This document shows positions 1 to 11,400 of a DNA stretch of 64,000 bases, piece after piece (the first letter of the stretch is position 1; every line of letters begins with the position of its first letter). This DNA is from a virus (taxonomy: Duplodnaviria; Caudoviricetes): positions 32,001 to 96,000 of the IMG/VR virus record IMGVR_UViG_3300017721_001026. The stretch is one strand, 5' to 3'. Under the pieces are notes generated by a model. It was not told where the DNA came from. It made no database searches and saw only the letters and a program-made list of their open reading frames with translations. Both the position numbers and the translations under genes were made by a program.

Positions 1-978
1 TAGAATATGTGAAAGTGCTCCACCAACAAAATATGACTGTGCAGCACCTACGGTTTTAATATTTGCTTGAGTTCCATCTCTATAACCTGCTCTTAAATCA
101 TGTGCTACTACTTCTAAAATATCATGAACATCATCCTGACAGTTTCTGGCAGTGCTGAATGACATCGTAAATGCACCACCAGCATAATTAACACTAGTGA
201 TAAATCCTACTGCTTCTGCTGCAATATATTCAGCATTAAGATCAATAAGTCTCGCAGCATCCTGTGCTCTATGAGATCCAGCAACACCACTAAATCCACT
301 AGTCAGGAAACCAACTGCCTCACCTGCAATATAATCCGCATTCTGACGGATCATTCTTGAACCATCAAAATATCTATCTGATGCTACACCTTCTAAAGGA
401 ACGAAAGCAATAACTGCCTTGTCACTTTGCATTGGTTCACCAAGGAATCCAGGATCAGAACCACCATCCTGAACGCCTTTAGAACCACCACCAATATCAG
501 CACCTTTACCAATAAATGCTAAATCAGTTAAGTGACATGCATTATTGATATGGAATAAATCTTTATTTGAGTTATTTGGAGCAATATAACAGTTTCTTAA
601 TTCAAAACCTTCTACAGATACATTATCCCTAAGAACAATAGGATTATTTTCGGTATAAAGACCAGCAGAAACTTTAATAGTATCACCTGGTTGAGCAACT
701 TCAGATGCTCTCTTTACACTTGCAAAAGCATCTTGTTGTGTTAAACCACTATTTAAATCATTACCTTCTACAGTAACAAAAAACGTATTACCAATACTTC
801 TACCAGCACCAACCGTAACCACTCGGGTTGCGATTCCTACACCTTCAGTATCTTGACGAACAAATACAGTACCATCAAAATGGTTGATAGCTAACTCACC
901 ATAAGTCAACTGTTCTAGATTAGGGACAGATCCTGGGGTTAAGGATCTCTTTAACCTAATTTTTGGACTTGTATTCAT
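1..978 (-). CDS. Large fibre/virion structural protein, 3'-truncated by the window edge (not in ORF track)
   Basis: ATG at 976-978 with GGAG upstream. Begins MNTSPKIRLKRSLTPGSVPNLEQLTYGELAINHFDG (tail-fibre N-terminal motif), then FFVTVEGNDLNSG..DAFASVKRA and a beta-helix-like region, then repeated 'DAARLIDLNAEYIAAEAVGF' helices. Late-promoter-like AATAAATA at 1018-1025. Confidence 0.7.
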   Translation of the reverse strand, partial: MNTSPKIRLKRSLTPGSVPNLEQLTYGELAINHFDGTVFVRQDTEGVGIATRVVTVGAGRSIGNTFFVTVEGNDLNSGLTQQDAFASVKRASEVAQPGDTIKVSAGLYTENNPIVLRDNVSVEGFELRNCYIAPNNSNKDLFHINNACHLTDLAFIGKGADIGGGSKGVQDGGSDPGFLGEPMQSDKAVIAFVPLEGVASDRYFDGSRMIRQNADYIAGEAVGFLTSGFSGVAGSHRAQDAARLIDLNAEYIAAEAVGFITSVNYAGGAFTMSFSTARNCQDDVHDILEVVAHDLRAGYRDGTQANIKTVGAAQSYFVGGALSHIL

Positions 979-1016
979 CTCAACTCCGTGTAAAGTTACT
1001 TAAAAGCTTCTTTTGT

Positions 1017-1469
1017 CTATTTATTCAAGGTTTCATTTTGTATATTATCAAATGCATTTTTATTTAAAAGTTTTGATAATTCTGCAGTTGATCCCACAAA
1101 TAATGCATTATTGACAGTTGTTGGAGACTGTTTTTTATTGTCTTGATCCAACTCATGCATTTTTTTCTGAAGATCTAATAATTTATCAGTAGCATCAGAA
1201 ACATTTTTGATCAAATGACCAACAACTTCATATGCTCTTGGTGTCTCTGTTTCTTGTGCTAACTCAAGTATTCCGTTTATTGCTTCTTGACCCTTTTCAA
1301 TGATGGAATATAAATTACCTCTAGTATATTCATAATCATTTGTTACATCATCTTTTTTTAGAGGTTTTTCTTTTTTGGGTTCTTCAACAATTTCCGAAGA
1401 TGCTTCTACTTCTACAATAGGTGCTTCTTCAATATTAAATGTTTCATTTAGATCTTCAAATTTTGCCAT
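1017..1469 (-). CDS. g16: Terminase small subunit (gp16-like)
   Basis: DYEYTRGNLYSIIEKG..AINGILELAQETETPRAYEV..NNALFVGSTAEL, typical of cyanomyovirus gp16; follows g15. Confidence 0.92.
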   Translation of the reverse strand: MAKFEDLNETFNIEEAPIVEVEASSEIVEEPKKEKPLKKDDVTNDYEYTRGNLYSIIEKGQEAINGILELAQETETPRAYEVVGHLIKNVSDATDKLLDLQKKMHELDQDNKKQSPTTVNNALFVGSTAELSKLLNKNAFDNIQNETLNK

Positions 1470-2482
1470 CAGATAAACTCTCCATCAAATCCAAAGTTGT
1501 CACCAACTTCTACTAACGCACTATCTGCAGCATCAACAGTATTTACATTAGTTCCAGATACGTGAGATACTGCAGTTGTATTGTTTTGTGCTCTTCTAAC
1601 AAGGAGTTTGTTTTCACTATCAGATTTCTGCTTAACATACATAACCTCTTTATTGATCTGAATCAAATTACCTTCTTCAATAGCACTGATGGAAAGAAGT
1701 GAGATAGTCTCATCAGTTTTATCAATATCAGATACTGTGGTTGTTAATACACCTGCATCAAGATCCTTGACTGCTTCTGGGACAACAGAATATGTGACAT
1801 CTCTGTTGCTCTTGTCACCATCTACAGTAGATGCATAGTGAGAAACTTGTGCCTTTTTGATAATCTTGGCAGATAGATTTTTCGCAACAGGACCAAATAG
1901 GTATGTCTTAGCAGTAAATCTTAATGTGTATATAAGTGCTCTTCTAGTTTCAAAATTTCCTTCGTATTGATCATCCATAGAGATTCCTTCCAAAATAATT
2001 GGAATATCTCTTTTCTCATTCATCTCTTCAACTAATTCTACTGTTAGATTATATTGTGGTTGAAAATATGGGAGTATTTGCTCTACGATTTGAAGCATGT
2101 CATCATTCAACTTTGTATAGATGTTAAGTTCAAATGACATATTGTATGGGACAGGCATAAATGCCTTTTTAATTGATCCGTCTCCAGAAGGAGATGGGAC
2201 AAGAATTTTTTGAGTTGTGGTTACTTTTCTAGAAGAATCATATGTAAGTCCAGTAAACTCAAAAGACATTCTTGGCAATGTAATTTGAGTTGTTTTACTG
2301 AGATCTTCCGATTGCTCTAATCTTGCTAAAAACTTTTGTTGGGGTGCGTATGCAAGAGGGACCTTTACACTGTTAGTAACATTATCGTTAGAATCAGTTG
2401 TCTTAACAGTAACATCGTTAAAGAGCGTACCAAATCCAATAACAATTTTTCTCAGAATTTCGTGGTAAAAATATTCAAACAT
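1469..2482 (-). CDS. g15: Tail sheath stabiliser/terminator (gp15-like) with C-terminal extension
   Basis: YFYHEILRK..GFGTLFN..VPLAYAP.QKFLARL..TLPRMSFE..PVPYN; g13-g14-g15-g16 synteny. Confidence 0.93.
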   Translation of the reverse strand: MFEYFYHEILRKIVIGFGTLFNDVTVKTTDSNDNVTNSVKVPLAYAPQQKFLARLEQSEDLSKTTQITLPRMSFEFTGLTYDSSRKVTTTQKILVPSPSGDGSIKKAFMPVPYNMSFELNIYTKLNDDMLQIVEQILPYFQPQYNLTVELVEEMNEKRDIPIILEGISMDDQYEGNFETRRALIYTLRFTAKTYLFGPVAKNLSAKIIKKAQVSHYASTVDGDKSNRDVTYSVVPEAVKDLDAGVLTTTVSDIDKTDETISLLSISAIEEGNLIQINKEVMYVKQKSDSENKLLVRRAQNNTTAVSHVSGTNVNTVDAADSALVEVGDNFGFDGEFI

Positions 2483-2494
2483 GATAGAACTCTA

Positions 2495-3949
2495 TTAAAC
2501 TCTTCCAAATGGGTTTCTTTCTGTGAAGTCTAGAAGATCATCACCCTCAGATTGAATTTCGACGTTTTCGTCATAACTACTTGATGGGGTGGTTTCTTCA
2601 ACAGTAGATGACTCCTCAGGAATATCATACGTGTTGTCTTCAACCAGTGGATTATCACTAATAGTATTTAGTATAACAATTTTATGTTGTGCTCCAGAAG
2701 TTCCACCAGTAATAACCTCACCATTAATGAAATCACCACTTAGGTTTGATAGACGTAATTTTTTAGTTCCAACATTCCAAGATTTAACTCTTCCTGTTAC
2801 TCCAGAAGTTCCCGTTACTATTTCGTTATATTCAAAGTTTCCACTTCCAATTTGGTTTGGATTTTCAAACGTAATTGATGGTGCAACGGTATATCCAGAT
2901 CCTACATTAGTAATTCTAACTGCACTAATAGTATTATCTGTAGAAATAATTGCTCTACCAGTTGCTGTTGTAAAACCTGTTGGTGGTGATGAGAAAGTTA
3001 TAGTCGGTTCATTAATAAAATTAGATCCTACAGAAGTAACTGTAACAACACCGATTGCACCAGAAGTAATAATTCCAACTGTTGCAGCTGCACCAACTCC
3101 AGTATTATTTCCAGTTATTGTAACCATTGGTGGTTGAGTATATCCAGCACCAGGATTTGATAATTCTATCCCTTGAATGGTTAAGAACCTAGTACCACCA
3201 GAACCATAGGTAGTCCTTCCAGTAACGATTCCAGAGGCATCTACGGCACCTGTAGAGGCATTAGATGTAGATACTCCTAATACTACTGGTGCGTCATATC
3301 CATATCCAAAATCTGATATGTAGAATTTATTCAGAGCACCATTGACCAATCCAGTGAATGCTGCAGCAGTTTCTCCAACACCAGCAGTAGTGAATGTTTG
3401 AATATATCCTTGATCTGTAAAGTTATCATCAATAGCATCTACACCAGTATCAACAACCTCAGTAGAATATCTGAATAGTTCACATCTCAATTCATAGACA
3501 TAAGTTTTTTGGAGTTGATAAAAAGGTTGTTCGTGCTCAACAAATTTAATTTCAAATAATCTATCTCCAAAAGGAAAATAAATCAGATCACCTTCTTTTG
3601 GTCTCGTTGCCAATTCAATATTAGGTAAGTCTCTGATAAGAGGTGTAATATAATTTTCATATCTTTCTTTAGATATTATAAGAGTTAGATCATCAAGATC
3701 TGTAATTCCAAATTTTGATAGTAGTGTTCCCTGCCCATCATACCCATCATAATTATTGACATATGCTTCGATTGGATATGCACTAGTAAATTCTGATTGA
3801 ATTACTTCTTCAATTACCGTATTTTTAGTTAAATATTGTCTTGGAATATAATATACTTCTACACCATACATCCTCAACTGCTCGTTGATTAGGTCTTGAA
3901 CCAAATTCTGTTCACCACGTGAACCTTGTTGAAAATAGGGATTTAGCAT
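2495..3949 (-). CDS. g14: Neck protein gp14-like with internal Gly/Thr-rich repeat insertion
   Basis: LNPYFQQGS..EQNLVQDLINEQLRMYG.EVYYIPR..RPKEGDLIYFP..EHEQPFYQL; C-terminus DFTERNPFG. Confidence 0.92.
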   Translation of the reverse strand: MLNPYFQQGSRGEQNLVQDLINEQLRMYGVEVYYIPRQYLTKNTVIEEVIQSEFTSAYPIEAYVNNYDGYDGQGTLLSKFGITDLDDLTLIISKERYENYITPLIRDLPNIELATRPKEGDLIYFPFGDRLFEIKFVEHEQPFYQLQKTYVYELRCELFRYSTEVVDTGVDAIDDNFTDQGYIQTFTTAGVGETAAAFTGLVNGALNKFYISDFGYGYDAPVVLGVSTSNASTGAVDASGIVTGRTTYGSGGTRFLTIQGIELSNPGAGYTQPPMVTITGNNTGVGAAATVGIITSGAIGVVTVTSVGSNFINEPTITFSSPPTGFTTATGRAIISTDNTISAVRITNVGSGYTVAPSITFENPNQIGSGNFEYNEIVTGTSGVTGRVKSWNVGTKKLRLSNLSGDFINGEVITGGTSGAQHKIVILNTISDNPLVEDNTYDIPEESSTVEETTPSSSYDENVEIQSEGDDLLDFTERNPFGRV

Positions 3950-3953
3950 GGTA

Positions 3954-4796
3954 TCAACCGATCATGTCTAGGGGTGGAAGTTCATAAGTAGATGACATCT
4001 TCTCTCTAATTCTTTCTAATTCTCTTTCAGCATCATCATACATTTGACGACCATTTAGTTCTACACCACCAGGAAGTTTTACTCCTTGGAATTTCATAAG
4101 GTTTTGACCCCATTGTCTTTTTACGAGGGCAGTTAAATAAAGTTTTAGGAAAGAATCATTCCAAACTTTATTGAATGTACTTGGATCAAGTAATCTCCAA
4201 CAATCAATAATCAAATAATCATCTTTAGCAGTAGTACCCCAATCCATATCAATGTAGAGACGATCTTGTCTTTGATTAAATCTAAAATGCTTAAGTGGAT
4301 TTAGTAGGAAGTCAATATCGGAGAGTTTTGACTGAACCATACTATATTGTAAAAGATCAATAGAATCCATGTGGTAAAAATCATTCAGGAATAACTGATA
4401 TTTGACACTAAACATCGATCCACTAGTTGCAGATGATGATTGAAGTCTAAAAATTTTATTTACTCCAGTAACTGAACTTGGAACTGGTAGATAGTTACCA
4501 TTTTCTTCATATGAAAATGATGATGTTGACCCAACTGATTCACTTACTGATTCGGTTGTAATACCTGATATTGCATTACCACCTCTAGATCTTCCTCGAT
4601 CTATATCATCTTGTGTTATTTTATACTTTAAATATGTTCTAATTACACCGTCAAAATGTCTCTCATGAAAATATTGCAAAGCATCATCGACTAGATCATC
4701 AATCTGCTCATCAGCAACATTGATTTCTAGAACAGGAGCACCTAATTGTCTCTTGACATAATTAATTAGATCTTGTCTAGATGATGGTTGTGCCAT
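3954..4796 (-). CDS. g13: Neck protein gp13-like
   Basis: RQLGAPVLEINVADEQIDD..KRQWGQNL.KF.GV.LPGGVELNG..PPLDMIG. Confidence 0.94.
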   Translation of the reverse strand: MAQPSSRQDLINYVKRQLGAPVLEINVADEQIDDLVDDALQYFHERHFDGVIRTYLKYKITQDDIDRGRSRGGNAISGITTESVSESVGSTSSFSYEENGNYLPVPSSVTGVNKIFRLQSSSATSGSMFSVKYQLFLNDFYHMDSIDLLQYSMVQSKLSDIDFLLNPLKHFRFNQRQDRLYIDMDWGTTAKDDYLIIDCWRLLDPSTFNKVWNDSFLKLYLTALVKRQWGQNLMKFQGVKLPGGVELNGRQMYDDAERELERIREKMSSTYELPPLDMIG

Positions 4797-4818
4797 TTTA
4801 TTACAGCTTTAAAATTAT

Positions 4819-5205
4819 TTAGGGTGTAGAGGAAATACCTGGTTTTACCATAACAGATCCATCTACGATTTTATACGTTGTTGTTCCCGAACTTACGAGA
4901 ATATCATAATAATATCTTCCCTCAGTCAATGATCTAGTATCAGTTGCACCCATAGAAATTTTAAATTGTCCATTAGATGCACTTGTAAAACTAAAATCAA
5001 ATGTTCCGTGAGCATACATGGTTGAACCGATTGCCACACTTTTCGTCATTTGGGCAGAACCTGTCCAACCATCAAAGTTATATCTTCCACTACTCATATC
5101 ATAAGTAGTGAAATTTACTTTTAAATCAGAACCTGGATAAACTGAAAAGTTTACTCCATATGGTGCATTTGTATCGGGATTGAATGTTATTCTTTGATTA
5201 GACAT
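4819..5205 (-). CDS. Small virion structural protein (Ig-like/BppU-like fold candidate)
   Basis: ..ISMGATDTRSLTEGRYYYDILV..KIVDGSVMVKPGIS pattern common in cyanomyovirus virion proteins; lies in the structural operon. Confidence 0.6.
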   Translation of the reverse strand: MSNQRITFNPDTNAPYGVNFSVYPGSDLKVNFTTYDMSSGRYNFDGWTGSAQMTKSVAIGSTMYAHGTFDFSFTSASNGQFKISMGATDTRSLTEGRYYYDILVSSGTTTYKIVDGSVMVKPGISSTP

Positions 5206-5405
5206 TTGAGAAGATCCTTAATTTCCTTGAGATCATCCTTGACGGATTTGACATCATCTTCCAGTTTTTCCATTCGTTTCACCTCCCTCTTTTTGTGTTT
5301 GAGGGAGTTCATATAGTTTTCATATTCTGTCATATTAGTATTGACGATTGCATTTGTTCCAGAATCACGATATAGATTTGAATGATTTTCTACTTTTAGG
5401 TACAT
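5187..5405 (-). CDS. Hypothetical protein with C-terminal coiled coil
   Basis: MYLKVENHSNLYRDSGTNAIVN..; the ATG at 5403-5405 abuts the VrlC-like stop, so it is preferred over the track start at 5420. Confidence 0.7.
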   Translation of the reverse strand: MYLKVENHSNLYRDSGTNAIVNTNMTEYENYMNSLKHKKREVKRMEKLEDDVKSVKDDLKEIKDLLKCLIKE

Positions 5406-5406
5406 G

Positions 5407-8400
5407 TTATGCGAATGCAATTGCTCTTAGGTCACGAATTCTTGGTGGGTAACACTGGTTAGTTGATGTTCCAACTAGTTTTACACTAAAGAATTTGAAT
5501 GATGGTAGATTTTCGATAGTGAAGGAGTAATCTTTAAACGTCAATGACGTGGATTGGAATCCTTTATTATCTGTCGGTGTAACCAACTTATCTGATCTAC
5601 CACTGTTCTTGGAAGGATCAATTACCTGACCACTTTCAAGTAAGTTATCATAACCTGGGAATGGATAGTAAATTAATGATTCTGAAGGATCATTGGTCAA
5701 TGCATAGAATGCTCTGATATCAGAGAAGTTATTAATATATGCAGAACACATCAACTTAATATTAGTTGCTGGAATTTCTAACCCAATCGGTTTAGTTGCA
5801 TATAAGAACGCACTAGGATCATCCTGAACAGTTGCTACACGTGGATCAGTTACAAAATCAGTAACTACATTATTAACTCTGTTAGAAACGAAGATAGCAC
5901 CGATTCTATCCATATCAATCACTGGTGATAGTCTAGGATCAAATGATGTCATATTGAGCTCAAGTTCAAATGATCTATTTCCTGGGAGTGTTGTTAATAG
6001 AGCATCAGCATTTGCTTTAGATGCAATCATTCTTGGTGTATCGAAATAATTGTCATCCTCAAGATTGATTGATTGATAACCAGAGTCCAAGAATGAAACT
6101 TCATTACCACTGATACTAGTGGAAGTAACTGTTCTTACTCTTGAAGTCAAATTAGTTCTCTGTAGAATCATTGACTGAACAATTGGTTTCATAACCTCAT
6201 AATGAATATTCTGTGTAGCAGTAGCACTTTCACCACCAGCAGACTTAGACTCATTTGCATACAATGTTGGTAATGATGCTGAGGATGATCTATCAACACC
6301 ATCCGCAGAATTATCAATTTTTAAAGTATAATGGTCGAGACCAATATCCTCAGTTACAGTTGCATCTTGTAGTGAGTGGGACTTGTTGATTCTTCTTAGT
6401 GAAATACCAGCAGTCTCATATTTTTCAACAATAGATTGATCTTCATATGCACCACCGAATGTAGAATCAATACGTCTTATAATACCACCAAGGGTATTAC
6501 CAATCACTGAGGTATATGAGATAATTTCATCTTCAATTTTAACATAACCTGGGTTTGTAGTTCCAACACCAACACCTTCAAAGTTCTCAAAGTCAGAAGC
6601 ATCTGAGATAACTAGATCATCCGTTGAATTAAGTAAATAATCACCCTCAAGTCTTACGATAGGAACATCTGTGGAAACACTATCAATAACAACATTATTT
6701 GTATCTGAATGCATACCATGATTTAGATGATTAACCTTGATATGTAATCCATCAGTTACTACTCTTGGTGAGGTTAAAATATCTGTAGATCCTTGATCAG
6801 TAAACTCTGTAGTTACACCACTAGAATTAATATATCTTAGAGTGTTTCCACCACCGACAATGAAGTCTCCCTGTACTTGATCAAGTACAAGTTCACTGAT
6901 ACCGTAAGTATCGGTTATAGAAAGTTGTAGATTTCTACCAACTCCACCACCAATTGTGGCAGTTAGAACGTCACCAACTTTAAATCCATTACCACCATCA
7001 GAGATCGTAGCAGCAGCTGCGACACCACTGTTTACATGAATATTTGCAGTTGCATTCTCACCTCTTCCAGTTAGTTTGGTTAGTGGAACATTATTATATT
7101 GGAAGAATCCAGATGAAGGTGTTAGTCCGAGACCAGCATTAGTTACTGCCATTGTGCCAGTAGCAATACCAAGACCCATTACATAATTACCAGATGCATT
7201 TGAACTATCTTGGATAACAGTATTACCTGCAACAATATCTTCACCCCAATTTCTTGCGGTTGTTCCAAGTCCAACGATGATTCTTCTAGAATTCATTTCT
7301 AGAGAATCTTTCTTAAGTGTTGCTACTTGTCTGTTTCCAGGAGATAGATCTGGGTTAAAGAAACTAACATTTCCTTCAGAGATAAAGTTTGCTCTGTTAA
7401 GTCTAAACTTAAGATCCTCATACTGACTTGGAGTCCAACTGGATCCATTCTGAGATTTAAACATGGAACCAAGAGATGACTGCTTGGTAATTGGAACTTG
7501 CTGAGACTCGGGTAGTGCTAGTGATGAAACATCAACTTCACCTAGTCTAGAAACCCATAATGTGAAGTCTGTCGCATTAGATCCAACAACAACACAATGT
7601 TCTTTATTGCCTTCCAAGTAAACTGGTGCTGGGAATGTTACAGTTGTAGGAACACTCGCATCATCAGAAACTTGAATTTGTTCACCAGTTAGGACAACCT
7701 GAGACATTGGGTAGATAACTTCTGCTGAAGGGATACCATTTATCATAGGTCTCAATTCAACAAAACACGTTTGTCCAGTTGTTGAAGTTGTTCTAAAGAA
7801 CAGATCAACAGATGTTGCAAAGATTCCTGTAGGATCTGCCTGACTACCAATCATGAAAGACTGTGCAATAGGATCTCTTCTTCTTCTACGACGCCTTGGT
7901 CTTGGTCTTGGTCTACGTCTGGGACGTGGCCTTGGTCTAGGTCTAGGTCTGGGTCTTGGTCTAGGACGTGGCCTTGGTCTAGGTCTTGGTCTAGGACGTG
8001 GTTGAGGTCTAGGTCTAGGTCTAGGACGTGGTTGAGGTCTTGGACGTGGATTTGGTCTAGGTCTAGGAGCAGGACGTGGGTTAGGTGTTGGATTTGGTAC
8101 AGGTCTAGGTCTAGGTCTGGGTGATGGATTTGGTGTTGGTCTAGGTTGTGGTCTAGGACGTGGTTGAGGTCTTGGTTGTGGTTGTGGACGTGGAATTGGT
8201 ACTGGTTGTGGGAGAGTAACATCGATATCTACCGCCAAGTCAACAAGAGTCTCACGACTTCTACTAATAGGTCTAGATTGTTGAGTATATGCGTTGGTAA
8301 CTTCTACATTTCTTGTTGAAATTATCTGACCTTGAACATTATCAATACTTCCCTGAGAGAAGAAATCTTTTTCACCACCAGTGTAAGAAACACCTTCAAT

Positions 8401-11400
8401 CGGATCTAATGTGTCTGCATCACCAATCTTAAAGGTTACATTTCCACTTCTAAACTTGGGAGCTCCCAGTGCATTGGGATTTGGAACATAGAATGATGCT
8501 TGCATCATCCCAACATTATCACTAGTAAGTCTCAAGGTTGTAATTCTTGCTCTTGCACCACTACTTCTACCTTGTAGAATCATACCTTCGGAAACATATC
8601 CAAAATGTTCACCAGACGGTGCTAGAGCCATCGATGCTAGATCTACATTCAGAATTGTTGATGTTGTAGAATATAGGTCGGGCATTTCCTCACGTGTGTA
8701 AGGATTGATGGTATAAACATCTTGAGGATCGTTATATGGTCCCGTTCTATGGTGGGAGTCAGCAACTCTGAAAAGTGCATATGGTAAATCTTGATTTACA
8801 CCTGGTCTTCTTGCATTTGCTCCACCAGAAACAACAGTTTCACCAACTGTAAACGTTCCAGAAATCATTTCAATTTCTAGAAGTTTTGGAACACAATAAT
8901 TAGTTACTCTCGTTGATCCAAAGAACGCATACAATCTGGTATGAGGTTTCATACCTTTAGTAATAATTTCAATATTTCTTGCTCGCATGAAGCTAGAAAC
9001 TTCAGAAGATACAAGTTTATCACCAAGATTAATAGTATTTCCAGGTATTGTCTGTATTCTTTGAGAAAAACCTGGTTGAGTTGCAGTTCCTGTTCTAGTA
9101 ACGGTTTCTAGAGTTGCAGTAGCACTTGCAGTAGCACTTCCTGGTCTTGTGCCATTACCACCACGTAGGGTTTGAGAGTCTCTACCAGATACTGTTCTTC
9201 TAGTGGTTGTTCTACCAGTCCAATTTTTATTCCATCCACCCCATAATGTTGGAGACCAACCTGATTGAGGATCTAGATCTGCTGGAGTTGCTGTAATATT
9301 AGTCTGAGTAATTCCACCAAGTAATCCTTCAATAGTTTGAGTTTCAATTCTTGATTGTTCAATCCAAATATCTGAAGATGGATTGAGTGTTACTTGACCA
9401 GTGTAAAAATCAACAAAGTATGGTGCAGCATTTACAACTCTTGTTGCTGTCAATTGAGATTCTGATTCAACTTCTTCATAGTCTAGGGTTATGACACCCA
9501 TACCATCTGTCCCAGCACTTCCATTTGGATCTATGGTAGATCTTCTAATATTTTCACCAACGAGGTCTTGAGCAAAACGTATATCAGATGTAGGGTCAAC
9601 AACTCCATTAATTCCAGTAGAAGCAGTTGAACCTAGTAATAAGTCAAGTTCTGTAGTATATGAGGAAGGTCTTAGTTCATTATTCTCTGGATCAATAGAA
9701 TTCTTTGCACCCAATTTGATTTGGTTTGTTGTAGATGTGAAGTTATCAACATAAAAACCAGACTTAAATCTGGTTGCTCCATCGGAATCTTTAATTTCTA
9801 AATTAGCAGTATTTGTTTCTAGAAGAGATAGTTGTGTATAATACTCAAGATTTGCAACTCTCTTTTCCAATAGTGCAATATCTTGCATTCTATATCTTTT
9901 GTGATCTAGAATAGATATTTTTGCATCATTGATATTTGACAAATATGGAGGATATGTTACTACAGCAACTTCCATCGAATTATCGAGTGGGAGTGGTGCC
10001 TCTGGATTTTCTTCTGGTGTTCCCTGAACGATTTGGAATGATTTTGATTTGTTTAGATAGATTCTATCAATTCTTCCTAAGTATATTGAATAATCGAGTT
10101 CAACTGACTCATCTGATGCCAATACATTTAAATTATTATTTTGAGGTGAATCAAAAGACCTACCCAAGAATTCAAATGGGGATCTAACACCTTCAGATAC
10201 TGAATATGATTTAACTTTTGGTCTTATATCAATAAGATCACTTTGCCTCAAACCATCAATAGTCGCAATATTTGAATAATCAAAGTTCTCATATGAATTT
10301 GCAGTTACTAGAGTTCCAGTATCTGAACTATCAACACTGGCATATTCGTATATGACAGTTACTTTTTTTGTAGGTGGTTTTGTATTTTCTTTTCTAACAA
10401 TTCTAGAATAATCGTAAATTGTAGATTTAGTTGAGTTATTGAAAGTATATTTTGATGTGATTTCATTATCACCATCTACAATTATACTGATAGTTGCAGT
10501 AATTGAGGATTCTTTGAATGTAATTTCCTCACCAACACTAAATTTCTTACCGTTAAGATAAACTACTTCGGCAGTTGATGAGTTTACTTTGTTAACTAAA
10601 ACAGCAACACAATTACTTTCATTACCAATAATTTCTTCACCATTTAGAGTATCTTCAACACTTCCATTAAAACTACTGACATCACTTAAAGTAAGTCTTG
10701 GTAGTTGTGGTGTTCCAGTTGTAGATGATTCATAAATTGCATGAATTTTAGTAACGTCTGGTTCTAATAGACAGATTTCATTATCCTGAACTCTAGTTCC
10801 ATATGGATAGTTTCCATAAGTTAGACCATCATTTAAAGTTGTCGCACCAACACCAGATCCATCCAAAGATGATTTATCGACAAGAATAGTTTTTACTCTA
10901 TTTCTAATCTTGTTTTGTGATTTTATTTGATTCTTCTTTAGTGTAGAAACTAGAGTTGCTGAACCAAGAACACTTAGACCCTTGATAATTAACTCTCTAC
11001 TTCCACTAGTAATTGTAACTTTATCTTCAGTTAGTGCTTCAGTTTCACCATCTGCATTGATGACAATATATCTTTCTTCATCGAATGGTAAGAATGTCTC
11101 ACCCGTTTCAAGATCAGCAGGAAGAATTGTTAGTCTTCCACCAGTTTCATCAGCAACAATTGGTTCATTGAAAACTTTTCTGATAGTAATTGAAGAATTT
11201 GTTAGGGATACATTTGCTACGTTTTCTTTAGGTAGTGGAGTATATAATGTATCTGATCCGTTATCACCTAACTGAGTGGTTACTTTAGTAACATTAACAG
11301 TTCCATTACCAAATAGTGCTCCGTTATGAACACCTGCGACTGCTTGAGTTGCTTCAACGGTTATATTATCAGAAATTACTGTTGTTACTCTATTGAGTGT

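Noticed and set aside
7851-8222. 123-aa ORF with HVLDLD/DQD repeats overlapping the VrlC-like gene
   Set aside because: Alternative-frame shadow of the Pro/Arg coding repeat; no RBS or independent support.
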